Below the pieces are notes generated by a model. The model did not search any database. It was not told the origin of the DNA and was given only the letters and a program-made list of their open reading frames with translations. The translations under genes and the position numbers were made by a program. A stretch of DNA of 64,000 nt from an uncultured Eubacteriales bacterium (GTDB lineage Bacteria; Bacillota; Clostridia; Oscillospirales; Acutalibacteraceae). The stretch is from positions 18,181 through 82,180 of the forward strand of contig OMZF01000101.1 in NCBI GenBank assembly GCA_900315465.1, written 5' to 3'. Shown piece by piece: positions 19,290-27,881 of the stretch (position 1 is the stretch's first letter; each line of letters begins with the position of its first letter).

Positions 19290-20078
19290 TCAGGATCTCA
19301 TAAAGAATTCATGCGGTATTGCAAATATTTCACGGGTAACAAGATGTGCTGTAAGATAGCGTGGAGTGGGTGCAGGAACAGCACCGCAGGAAATGTTGTT
19401 TCTTCTGCATATCATTGATGCTCTGAATTCGTGATACCAGTCCGTAACAACGGCTAAATCCTGTGAAAGTCCGTTATTTTCTATTATTTCCTTTGAGAAG
19501 CGTATATTTTCGTTTGTGGTTGTGGAGCGGTCTTCCATAAAAAGCCTGTCGGGAGATATACCTTTTTTGGTAAGATAATTATACATACACTGTGCTTCGC
19601 TTATGTCCTCTCCGCTGCCTTTTCCACCTGACAGTACAGCCTTTGCGGATGGGTGAGAATCAAGATAGCTGAAAGCGGTATCAAGACGGTTTCTGAGTGC
19701 ATGACTCGGTACTGTGCCACGCACCTGACAGCCCAAAACTACAACAGTTGCATTTTCATCCGGTGTATTGTTTGCACCGTAAAGCATAAGTCCTATTGCC
19801 ACAGCAACATATAGTACAAAAATTCCTGTTAACCCCATTAAAGCATGAACCAAAATTTTCCCCCATTTCTTCTGCATGATTTTTTTGCAGAAAAGTCTTA
19901 TCAGATCCCAGCATAAAGCTGCAAGTCCTGTCGTACCGAAAACAGTTATCCCCACAATACTGCCGAAAGCTATAAATCCGGAATCCATATACCACATTAT
20001 CATAATACATGAAACGATAAGTATGATAATTCTCACTATTATACTTATAATAATTTGAATTTTATTTTTAACATCCAT
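19290..20078 (-). CDS. membrane-anchored YdcF/SanA-like DUF218 protein
   Basis: Three N-terminal TM segments, then VVVLGCQVRG...LSGGKGSGEDISEAQCMYNYL...EDRSTTTNENI, the DUF218 pattern. Confidence 0.75.
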   Translation of the reverse strand: MDVKNKIQIIISIIVRIIILIVSCIMIMWYMDSGFIAFGSIVGITVFGTTGLAALCWDLIRLFCKKIMQKKWGKILVHALMGLTGIFVLYVAVAIGLMLYGANNTPDENATVVVLGCQVRGTVPSHALRNRLDTAFSYLDSHPSAKAVLSGGKGSGEDISEAQCMYNYLTKKGISPDRLFMEDRSTTTNENIRFSKEIIENNGLSQDLAVVTDWYHEFRASMICRRNNISCGAVPAPTPRYLTAHLVTREIFAIPHEFFMRS

Positions 20079-20246
20079 ATTTTTCCCTCCGCTAAGATTA
20101 TAATATATTCTGCTGTTTTTTACAATACGGTTACAAAATCGTCATATATTATAAAAATAAAAAATGATTATTATATATATTGACACTTGACAAGTCTGAT
20201 AATACAAGTTGTAAATTTTTTTAATAAATTATGAAAAAATTGTAAA

Positions 20247-20361
20247 GTTGAAACTGATTTAACAATTTCAACCGGACGGAAAGTCCGATGTATTCAACTT
20301 TTCAACCGAGTTTTCAACAATTATCAACTCTCTTTAACATATTTTCAACCGAGTTTTCAAC
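20247..20361 (+). promoter_or_regulatory. array of TTCAAC direct repeats (candidate regulator-binding sites) upstream of the DUF445 gene
   Basis: TTCAAC or ATCAAC at 20267, 20293, 20301, 20313, 20323, 20344 and 20356, plus inverted GTTGAA at 20247. The 20-mer TTTTCAACCGAGTTTTCAAC occurs twice (20299-20318 and 20342-20361). Confidence 0.4.
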
Positions 20362-20528
20362 TTTTACACATTGTATAATTCTGTAACTGAAATTAAAAAA
20401 ACCAGAAAAATGCGGTTTTCCGAAAATCTGTCAATATAAGTCATAAATAATGATAATATCTGTTGATTTTCGTTATAAAAAAGCCTATAATAATTATTGT
20501 CATTAAGAAAAAGGACAGGTGTGTTTGT

Positions 20529-21422
20529 ATGGATATAATAGGATTTCTAAGGTTTATTTCTCCGGTGCTTATCGGGTCTGTGATAGGATATTTCACAAAT
20601 TATCTTGCAATAAAAATGCTTTTCCGTCCGCATAAGGAATATAAGATAGGAAAGCTCACTATACCTTTCACACCGGGTATAATTCCAAAAAATCGTGGTC
20701 GTCTTGCAAAGGCAATAGGTGCTGCCGTAGGTGAAACACTTCTCACGACAGATGACCTTGTTGACACGGTAAAAAACAGTCCCATGAAAGAGCAGATAAG
20801 CGAAAAGATAATTTCAATAATATTTGAATCGGATAATACTGTGGAAACTCTGACCGGTACAAATGATATTGCAAAAACTCAGCCGGTTGAAGATATATGT
20901 GATATAGCAGGAGAAAAAATAGTCAAAGGACTTTGCAAAACTGATATGAAACCGATGATTTCATCTGCTGTTGATGAAATCATCGGAGAAAAGCTCCGTA
21001 ATCCTATGGTAAGTATGTTTCTGAATGAAAAGGTACTCAGTGCCATATATGTAAAGGTAGAAGACGGAATAAAAGAATATCTCAAAAATAACGGAAGTAT
21101 AATGTTCAGTCTTTATCTTAACGAAGAAATAGACCATATTGCAAAAAAGCCCTTCTGTGAGGGTGCAAAGGAACTTAAACTTGAGCGTGAAGCAATAAAG
21201 AATGCGGTAAATAAAGCTGTTGATACAGTGGCTCAGAAAGTGGGAGAAACCGTAGCCGAAAGTATGGATATACAGACCATAGTAAGTGATAAAATAGACG
21301 CAATGGATATAAACGAGCTTGAGGGACTTGTAATGTCGGTAATGAAAAATGAATTGCAGGCTATTATAAATCTTGGTGCGATAATAGGAGCTGTTATCGG
21401 GATAATAAATCTTTTTATCTAA
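20529..21422 (+). CDS. DUF445 family membrane protein
   Basis: GYFTNYLAIKMLFRPHKEY...IPFTPGIIPKNRGRLAKAIG at the N-terminus and a C-terminal TM helix, typical of DUF445. Start placed at ATG 20529 (MDIIGFL). Confidence 0.7.
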   Translation: MDIIGFLRFISPVLIGSVIGYFTNYLAIKMLFRPHKEYKIGKLTIPFTPGIIPKNRGRLAKAIGAAVGETLLTTDDLVDTVKNSPMKEQISEKIISIIFESDNTVETLTGTNDIAKTQPVEDICDIAGEKIVKGLCKTDMKPMISSAVDEIIGEKLRNPMVSMFLNEKVLSAIYVKVEDGIKEYLKNNGSIMFSLYLNEEIDHIAKKPFCEGAKELKLEREAIKNAVNKAVDTVAQKVGETVAESMDIQTIVSDKIDAMDINELEGLVMSVMKNELQAIINLGAIIGAVIGIINLFI

Positions 21423-21529
21423 ACGATAAAATAATCATGTAAAGATGAAAGCTTATTATGTATAATTCATGTTGAAAAAAATAACCGCATGATGTATAAT
21501 TTATACGCTGAATAAAAAAGAGGAAGTGT

Positions 21530-22252
21530 TTGATTTTGGAATTGATGACAGATCTTTTTGCGAACCATTGGCTATATCTTCTTATATCATGTCTTGCGGC
21601 ATATCTGATAAGCAGTATAAGCACATCTATCATAGTGACCTCGCTTGTTATGCATAAGGATATAAGAAAGCAGGGAAGCGGAAATGCAGGATTTACAAAT
21701 GTGCTGCGTACAGTAGGAAAAGGCCCGGCGATAATAACATTCGTAGGAGATTTTCTGAAAGGTGTAATATCCGTTTTGATACCGTATTTTCTTACATTCG
21801 GATGGGATAGTATTGAACTTCAGCAGGAAAGACAGATACTTATGTATCTTGCAGGACTGTTTGCCGTATTAGGTCATATGTTCCCCGTATATTACCGTTT
21901 TAAAGGCGGAAAGGGAGTTGTTACTACTGCTTCGGTAATGCTTATGACGGACTGGAGAGTTCTTGTTATAGCACTGATAATTTTCGGTATATTTTTTGCC
22001 GTTACAAAAACAATTTCAAAATGCTCACTTCTTTGTGCAGGAACATATCCGTTTGTAAGTGCAGGAGTAAGACTTCTTGATGCAACAGCATCTTTCCCCA
22101 CGCTTGCACCTGTATCACATACGTCTCCATTTCTTATCGGCTGTGTATTCGGGATAACATTTGTTTTAGGACTTACGATAATAATTAAACATAAGGATAA
22201 TATAAAACGTATTCTTAACGGTACGGAAAAGAAGATAATTTCAAAAAAATGA
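21530..22252 (+). CDS. plsY: glycerol-3-phosphate acyltransferase PlsY
   Basis: GSGNAGFTNVLR and FKGGKGV motifs. Multi-pass membrane protein. TTG start after GAGGA. Confidence 0.85.
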   Translation: MILELMTDLFANHWLYLLISCLAAYLISSISTSIIVTSLVMHKDIRKQGSGNAGFTNVLRTVGKGPAIITFVGDFLKGVISVLIPYFLTFGWDSIELQQERQILMYLAGLFAVLGHMFPVYYRFKGGKGVVTTASVMLMTDWRVLVIALIIFGIFFAVTKTISKCSLLCAGTYPFVSAGVRLLDATASFPTLAPVSHTSPFLIGCVFGITFVLGLTIIIKHKDNIKRILNGTEKKIISKK

Positions 22253-22258
22253 TACTAT

Positions 22259-22309
22259 AAAGGGAATTTTTGCCGGATTATTTATTTGTCGGCGAAAATT
22301 CCCTTTTTG
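22259..22309 (+). terminator. rho-independent terminator
   Basis: Long stem AAGGGAATTTT-GCCG / CGGCGAAAATTCCCTT followed by TTTT. Confidence 0.7.
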
Positions 22310-22385
22310 TTGTTTAAATTGCTTTTAAAAATACATTTTGTGTGCTATAATAAAAACACATACTATACCGGAAAGGTTGATATAA

Positions 22386-23144
22386 ATGAATTTTGATGCA
22401 CAGGATTGTATATTGGTTTCAAAAAAGAATCTTACACCGACAATTTTTGATTTCAGACTAAAAAATGCGGAGCTTGCAGAAATGTCAAAAGCCGGACAGT
22501 TTGCCCATGTGCTTGTACCGGGAAAAACTCTGAGAAGACCCATTTCGATATGTGATGTCGAGGGGGATGTTATCAGACTGGTATTTGAAGTAAGGGGCGA
22601 GGGTACAGAGATACTATCTTTGCTTGAAGAGGGTGAAAAAGTAAATATAATAGCACCGCTCGGAAACGGTTTTGATCTGAGTGAAAATAAAAAGACCGTA
22701 TTCATAGGCGGAGGAATAGGTGTTCCGCCTATGCTTTACAGTGCAAAGACAGCAGGAAGCGAAAGTATTGTAATAAACGGATTCAGAGATAAAAGTGCGG
22801 TAATTCTCACAGAGGATTTTAAAAAGCTGGGGGTAAGACTTATCGAAACTACAGATAACGGAAGTTATGGTATACATGGTTTTGTAACAGATCCTTTGAG
22901 CGAGATAATAAATGAAGTTGACAGAGTATGTGCCTGTGGACCGACACCAATGTTAAAGAAAATAGCAGAAATATGCAAAAAGCACGGAAAAGAATGTTTT
23001 GTTTCACTTGAACAGCGTATGGCTTGCGGAGTAGGAGCATGTCTTGGCTGTGCGGTAGCGGTTGTGCGTGATGACGGAACAAATACATATAAACACGTCT
23101 GCAAAGACGGCCCTGTATTCAAAGCTGAGGAGGTAGTATTTTAA
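22386..23144 (+). CDS. pyrK: dihydroorotate dehydrogenase B electron-transfer subunit
   Basis: RRPISI FAD-binding motif. C-terminal 2Fe-2S cysteines CGVGACLGCAV...C. Adjacent to pyrD. Confidence 0.9.
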   Translation: MNFDAQDCILVSKKNLTPTIFDFRLKNAELAEMSKAGQFAHVLVPGKTLRRPISICDVEGDVIRLVFEVRGEGTEILSLLEEGEKVNIIAPLGNGFDLSENKKTVFIGGGIGVPPMLYSAKTAGSESIVINGFRDKSAVILTEDFKKLGVRLIETTDNGSYGIHGFVTDPLSEIINEVDRVCACGPTPMLKKIAEICKKHGKECFVSLEQRMACGVGACLGCAVAVVRDDGTNTYKHVCKDGPVFKAEEVVF

Positions 23145-24055
23145 TGGCAGATCTTAGTGTAAATATAGCCGGTGTACATTTTGAAAATCCTATAATCGGT
23201 GCATCGGGAACAGTAGGTTTCGGAAGGGAATATAGTAAGCTTTATCCCCTTTCGGTATTCGGAGGAATATCCTGTAAGGGTACTACTCTTCAGGAAAGAT
23301 GCGGAAATCCGCCGCCGAGAATTGCGGAAACTCCTATGGGGATGCTTAATGCTGTAGGACTTCAGAATCCGGGAGTAGAGCATTTTATAAAGAATGAATT
23401 GCCGTGGCTCAAACAGCAGAATACTGTAGTTATCGCAAATGCGGCAGGAAGTACAGAGGAAGACTATTGCAAAATAGCAGAGATACTTTCCGATACAGAT
23501 GTTGATATGATAGAGCTTAATATTTCATGTCCTAATGTAAAGGAAGGGGGCGTGCAGTTCGGCACATCGCCTCAGTCGGTAGAAAAGATAACATCTGCTG
23601 TAAGAAAACATTGCACAAAACCGCTTATAATAAAGCTTTCACCTAATGTATCGGATATAGCTGCCGTGGCACTTGCGGCAGAAAGTGCCGGAGCTGATGC
23701 GGTATCGCTTATAAATACTCTTACAGGTATGAGGATAGATATAAATACCCACCGCCCGATAATAAGCAATATAACGGGAGGTATGTCAGGGCCTGCTGTA
23801 TTCCCTGTGGCTGTGAGGATGGTATATCAGGTAAAAAAAGCGGTTAAAATACCTGTAATAGGTCTCGGCGGCATATCCACATGGAAAGACGCTGTTGAAA
23901 TGATAATAGCAGGTGCGGATGCTATACAGATAGGTACTGTACTTTTTACAGACCCGTATGCACCTCTGAAAATTTCCGAGGGACTGCATGGCTATCTTGA
24001 CACACACGGAATAGAAAAGATAACAGAACTGACAGGAACAGTAAATACATATTGA
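23144..24055 (+). CDS. pyrD: dihydroorotate dehydrogenase B catalytic subunit
   Basis: LNISCPNVKEGG (catalytic Cys), NAVGLQNPG and GLGGISTWKDAVEMIIAGADAIQIGT. The start overlaps the pyrK stop. Confidence 0.9.
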   Translation: MADLSVNIAGVHFENPIIGASGTVGFGREYSKLYPLSVFGGISCKGTTLQERCGNPPPRIAETPMGMLNAVGLQNPGVEHFIKNELPWLKQQNTVVIANAAGSTEEDYCKIAEILSDTDVDMIELNISCPNVKEGGVQFGTSPQSVEKITSAVRKHCTKPLIIKLSPNVSDIAAVALAAESAGADAVSLINTLTGMRIDINTHRPIISNITGGMSGPAVFPVAVRMVYQVKKAVKIPVIGLGGISTWKDAVEMIIAGADAIQIGTVLFTDPYAPLKISEGLHGYLDTHGIEKITELTGTVNTY

Positions 24056-24073
24056 TGGGGAAGTTGTGAAATA

Positions 24074-24685
24074 ATGACGAAGCTTATCATAGTAAGGCAT
24101 TGTCAGGCTCAGGGAAATCTTGAAAGGTTTTTTCAGGGGAATATCGATACGGATATTACTCCGAAAGGCAGAGAGCAGATAGATAAAACCGCCCGAATGC
24201 TTAGTGCAGAGCCGATAGATGTCTTTTATACGAGCTATAAGAAAAGGGCAATAAAAACCACAGACGGAATAAATCTTTATCATAATGTACCGGTCATAAA
24301 TGATGAAAGGCTGACAGAGATAGATGCAGGAAAATGGGAGGGAATGCACCTCACAGAGATAGCAGAAGTTTTTCCGGAAGAATTTGACAACTGGAATAAC
24401 CATCCCGAAAGATTCCATGCACCCGATGGAGAAAGTATGGCACAGGTATATGACCGTGTAAGCAGTGCGTTGAGGGATATAGTCAGGGATAATGACGGAA
24501 AGACCGTATGTATTGTATCGCACGGATGTGCTATAAAGTGTATAATGTGTTATCTGCATGGTTATAAGGTAGATGATATAGGATTGATAAAACTTGGTAC
24601 AAATACATCGGTAAATGTGGTCAAAGCGGATAGTTCTATGAATACAAAGATAATTATTGAGAATTATGCAGACCATCTGAGTTAA
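24074..24685 (+). CDS. histidine phosphatase (phosphoglycerate mutase) family protein
   Basis: N-terminal LIIVRHCQAQGN (RHG-type motif) and a later VSHG motif. Confidence 0.8.
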   Translation: MTKLIIVRHCQAQGNLERFFQGNIDTDITPKGREQIDKTARMLSAEPIDVFYTSYKKRAIKTTDGINLYHNVPVINDERLTEIDAGKWEGMHLTEIAEVFPEEFDNWNNHPERFHAPDGESMAQVYDRVSSALRDIVRDNDGKTVCIVSHGCAIKCIMCYLHGYKVDDIGLIKLGTNTSVNVVKADSSMNTKIIIENYADHLS

Positions 24686-24716
24686 ATTCAGTATTTCAGA
24701 AAAAGGAAGTGAAGGA

Positions 24717-25136
24717 ATGGTAATATTATCCGTTGACTACGGAAAAGCAAGAACAGGGATAGCCGTATGTGACAAGGGCGAGAGAATAGCCTCACCGGTC
24801 GGAACTATAAATGAATACAATATGGAAAAGCTTGCAGAGAAGATAGCAGTATATACGGAAAATTATAAGGCAGAGCTTATTGTTCTGGGACTTCCGAAAA
24901 ATATGGATGGAAGTGAGGGAGAGAGTGCGGAAAATGTACGCAATTTTTCAAAGCTTCTTGAAACTGTTACCGGATTGCCTGTAGAACTGAGAGATGAAAG
25001 GTGTACAACGGTAATTGCCCATAAATACCTGAATGTAACAGATACGAGGGGTAAGAAACGTAAAAACGTGGTTGATACAGTTTCGGCAGTAATAATACTT
25101 GAGGATTATCTGAGTTACAGGAGGAACAGAAAATGA
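24717..25136 (+). CDS. ruvX: Holliday junction resolvase-like protein RuvX/YqgF
   Basis: ILSVDYGKARTGIAVCD, VLGLPKNMDGSEGE and DERCTT motifs. 139 aa. Confidence 0.85.
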   Translation: MVILSVDYGKARTGIAVCDKGERIASPVGTINEYNMEKLAEKIAVYTENYKAELIVLGLPKNMDGSEGESAENVRNFSKLLETVTGLPVELRDERCTTVIAHKYLNVTDTRGKKRKNVVDTVSAVIILEDYLSYRRNRK

Positions 25137-26053
25137 CTATTCTTCCCGGACAAAAACTGACGATTTCCGAGTTTCTTGTAGCATTTGCTGTGGGACTTAT
25201 GTTATTTTTACTTCCGAATGATGCGAAAAATCAGTTTGAATCCGAAGCAGTATGTGAAAGCTATGTTTTCATAATGTCATTTATTATTGTAAGTATGATG
25301 CTGTTTATAATAAAGAGATATGAAGCTGTGGGAACGTCGTTGTTTTTTATGGCGGTTTTTGAAGTTATAAGCATAATATTCGGAACGATAAACGGAATAT
25401 CTGCAAAAGGTACGGAATACTGGCCAAAGCTTAACGAGTATAATATAATAACACTTTTCATACTTTGGGTAACACCGTTCATAATAGTAGTTGTATTAAG
25501 AATGCTGACAAGAACATCAAGGGATTCAAACGACAAAAGGCGGAGCTTTACGAGATTTATGGTTTTAAGTATGCGTGGACTTATGCTGATTTACGGCATA
25601 GTATTTATTATGCGTCTGCTGTTTCCTCAAAGACCCGATATTCTTAGTGAGCGTACAATGGAGATAATACCGTTTGAAAGGATAGTACATTGTTTTGACG
25701 GTTCAATGTCCGGCGGAATGATATACTTTATATGGAATTGTATTATTTTATCGCCGCTGAGCTTTTATCTTGCGGTACTGACCCCTAAATTCAGACCTAT
25801 ACACGCTGTAATAATAGCTGTACCGCTGGGATTTGCAATTGAGGCGTTGCAGTTTTTGCTGAATACAGCAGTTATATGTTTTGACGATGTACTGATGTAC
25901 TGTATAGGGGCACTTTGGGGAGTAGGGCTTAAATATGGCATAGACTTTGTCCATAGTCTTATAACATCGGGCAGAGATCCGAATTTTCTAAGTTTTGAAT
26001 ATGTTCCTGTTCCGAGAAAGACCACACATTCACCTCAGATAGTTGAAGAATAA
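25133..26053 (+). CDS. VanZ-like family membrane protein
   Basis: Multi-pass membrane protein. IIPFERI...NCIILSPLSFYL...AIEALQFLL...FDDVLMYCIGALWG follows the VanZ pattern. Confidence 0.6.
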   Translation: MTILPGQKLTISEFLVAFAVGLMLFLLPNDAKNQFESEAVCESYVFIMSFIIVSMMLFIIKRYEAVGTSLFFMAVFEVISIIFGTINGISAKGTEYWPKLNEYNIITLFILWVTPFIIVVVLRMLTRTSRDSNDKRRSFTRFMVLSMRGLMLIYGIVFIMRLLFPQRPDILSERTMEIIPFERIVHCFDGSMSGGMIYFIWNCIILSPLSFYLAVLTPKFRPIHAVIIAVPLGFAIEALQFLLNTAVICFDDVLMYCIGALWGVGLKYGIDFVHSLITSGRDPNFLSFEYVPVPRKTTHSPQIVEE

Positions 26054-26054
26054 C

Positions 26055-26087
26055 AAAACGGGGCTGCCGTATGACAGTCCCGTTTTT
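26055..26087. terminator. bidirectional terminator between convergent genes
   Basis: Imperfect stem AAACGGGGCTG / CAGTCCCGTTT followed by TTTT, with an A-run upstream. Confidence 0.55.
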
Positions 26088-26089
26088 GA

Positions 26090-26446
26090 TCATTCTGCAA
26101 ACAAAAGGGTTTTAATTTCTTCCATAGAAAGACCGGATTCTTTAAAAAGATTATTTGCCTGAATATTTAACGAATTTGCCTCTATTTTCATAGCAGAGGC
26201 TTTTTTCTTTGAATTTCTTGCGGCATCAGCGGCAACACTTGCATTTCTCTGGGCATTTTTAATAAGTGCGACAGTCTTTTCATCGTCAGGGTCGGCATCC
26301 TTATATTCATTGCATATTGAGAGAAAATTATCATAAGCTGTTTTAGCTTCTGCAAAAAGTGCATCTCTTTCCTTGCAGGCTGTAAGCCATTCACAGTAAG
26401 AAATAACAGCCGCCCTGCATTTTTCGACAAGCTCAGTATTATCCAT
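26090..26446 (-). CDS. hypothetical small helical protein
   Basis: 118-aa ORF, coding-like composition, Ala/Lys/Glu-rich, co-oriented with the upstream HAD gene. I recognise no family. Confidence 0.5.
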   Translation of the reverse strand: MDNTELVEKCRAAVISYCEWLTACKERDALFAEAKTAYDNFLSICNEYKDADPDDEKTVALIKNAQRNASVAADAARNSKKKASAMKIEANSLNIQANNLFKESGLSMEEIKTLLFAE

Positions 26447-26458
26447 TATAAGATCTCC

Positions 26459-27187
26459 TTATTCACCGAAGAGGATTTTTCTTGCCTTTGCAAGACTTCC
26501 GTCCATTACAGAGTATGTAGCAAGGAGTTCCCCTTTAATTTCGGGAGATATATTGGTATGAAGGTAAAGGGAATCCATTCCTGCCTCACGAGAGCCTTTA
26601 ATATCAGTGATGTAGTCATTTCCTATCATAATACATTCCTTAGGGTCGAGATCATATTTTTTGAGTATGCACTGATAGAACATAATATCAGGTTTTGCAC
26701 AGCCTTCATCGGAGGATATAAGTATGTCATCAAATTTGTCATAAAGTCCGACCATTCTTATCTCAGGTTCAGTAAAAATTCTTTGTGCATTTGAAAGCAA
26801 ATAGACATTTCCGCCGTGAGCTTTTATAGCTTCAAGAAGTTCCAAAGCTCCGTCATAAAGGCGTATGTACTTGATTGATATAGCACGGAATACACGACCT
26901 GTATATGCTATCATTTCTTTAGAATATTTAACTCCTTTTTCGGCATAAAGACGGCGGAAAACCTTTTCGATCTGAGGTTCGGGATTTGTGGTATACTTGT
27001 TTTTGGGTACTTTTCTGATTTCATCTGCAAGAATACGGTCATAGCTTTTATTAAGCTCCTTTGCGGTATATTTTGCACCGCTGAGGGAGTAGATCATCGC
27101 CATTTCTTTCCAAAGACTTGATTTCCATTCATTTGTGTTAATATCTATAAGTGTGCCGTAAAGATCGAAGATATAATTTTTATACAT
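26459..27187 (-). CDS. HAD superfamily hydrolase
   Basis: Motif I FDLYGTLID at the N-terminus. LLSNA and GNDYITDIKG correspond to motifs II-IV. Confidence 0.75.
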   Translation of the reverse strand: MYKNYIFDLYGTLIDINTNEWKSSLWKEMAMIYSLSGAKYTAKELNKSYDRILADEIRKVPKNKYTTNPEPQIEKVFRRLYAEKGVKYSKEMIAYTGRVFRAISIKYIRLYDGALELLEAIKAHGGNVYLLSNAQRIFTEPEIRMVGLYDKFDDILISSDEGCAKPDIMFYQCILKKYDLDPKECIMIGNDYITDIKGSREAGMDSLYLHTNISPEIKGELLATYSVMDGSLAKARKILFGE

Positions 27188-27295
27188 AAAACAATTCCTC
27201 CCTGAATTTTGTCTTTATAAGCATAAATATAATTTTATTGTACAACATTTTCCATAATAATACAAGTAAAATATCAAAATTATTGTTCAAAAAAA

Positions 27296-27326
27296 GAAAA
27301 AGCACAGCCGCAAAACGACTGTGCTT
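27296..27326 (-). terminator. rho-independent terminator
   Basis: Read on the minus strand: AGCACAGTCG...CGGCTGTGCT followed by TTTTTCTTTTTT. Confidence 0.6.
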
Positions 27327-27347
27327 AAATTATACTGTTATGACAGA

Positions 27348-27809
27348 TCATGTAAAATATGTACGGTAATCGAGCATCGGGAATGGCTCCTGTCCAGCAG
27401 CAAATGCATAAAGAATATAGTAATTCTTACCGGATGAATGATAACCGAATCTCAGATCTTTATCAAAATTTTCTCCGAATTCATTTGGAGCGGAATCAAA
27501 GCTTATGACCTTTATTGCAAGATCGCCTTTGTAATTCTGATCATAATAAAGCTGAAGCTCACCGAGAGACAGGTTGCTCTTGAGGAAAAGTGCTCCGTAA
27601 TACTGCAAAGAGCCAGTGCCTGTAAGTTTACCTGTTCTTGAAATAGAAGCCTGAATACTTGTACTTTTCGGAAGCGGAATGCTTTTAAGCTCCTCCTCAA
27701 TATTTGAGGAGGTCGTATTATCTACTATAATAGCGGCAACCAGTGTTCCGACAGCGGCAAGTACAACTAAAACAAGAAAGGTAACAAAAAACTTTTTAAC
27801 CTTTTGCAT
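27348..27809 (-). CDS. hypothetical membrane-anchored protein
   Basis: Start moved to the internal ATG at 27809 (MQKVKKFF), 8 nt after GGAG. One N-terminal TM helix. No family recognised. Confidence 0.5.
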   Translation of the reverse strand: MQKVKKFFVTFLVLVVLAAVGTLVAAIIVDNTTSSNIEEELKSIPLPKSTSIQASISRTGKLTGTGSLQYYGALFLKSNLSLGELQLYYDQNYKGDLAIKVISFDSAPNEFGENFDKDLRFGYHSSGKNYYILYAFAAGQEPFPMLDYRTYFT

Positions 27810-27881
27810 CCGAACATCTCCTTTCATTAGAGTATTTTTCCACTTGATTATACAATATTCTGAATTACTTTTCAAGAGTTT

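Noticed and set aside
23786-24676. 296-aa minus-strand ORF opposite pyrD and the histidine phosphatase gene
   Set aside because: Its Tyr/Cys/Ile/Phe-rich composition is typical of antisense reading of AT-rich coding DNA. It spans an intergenic gap and two confidently assigned plus-strand genes.
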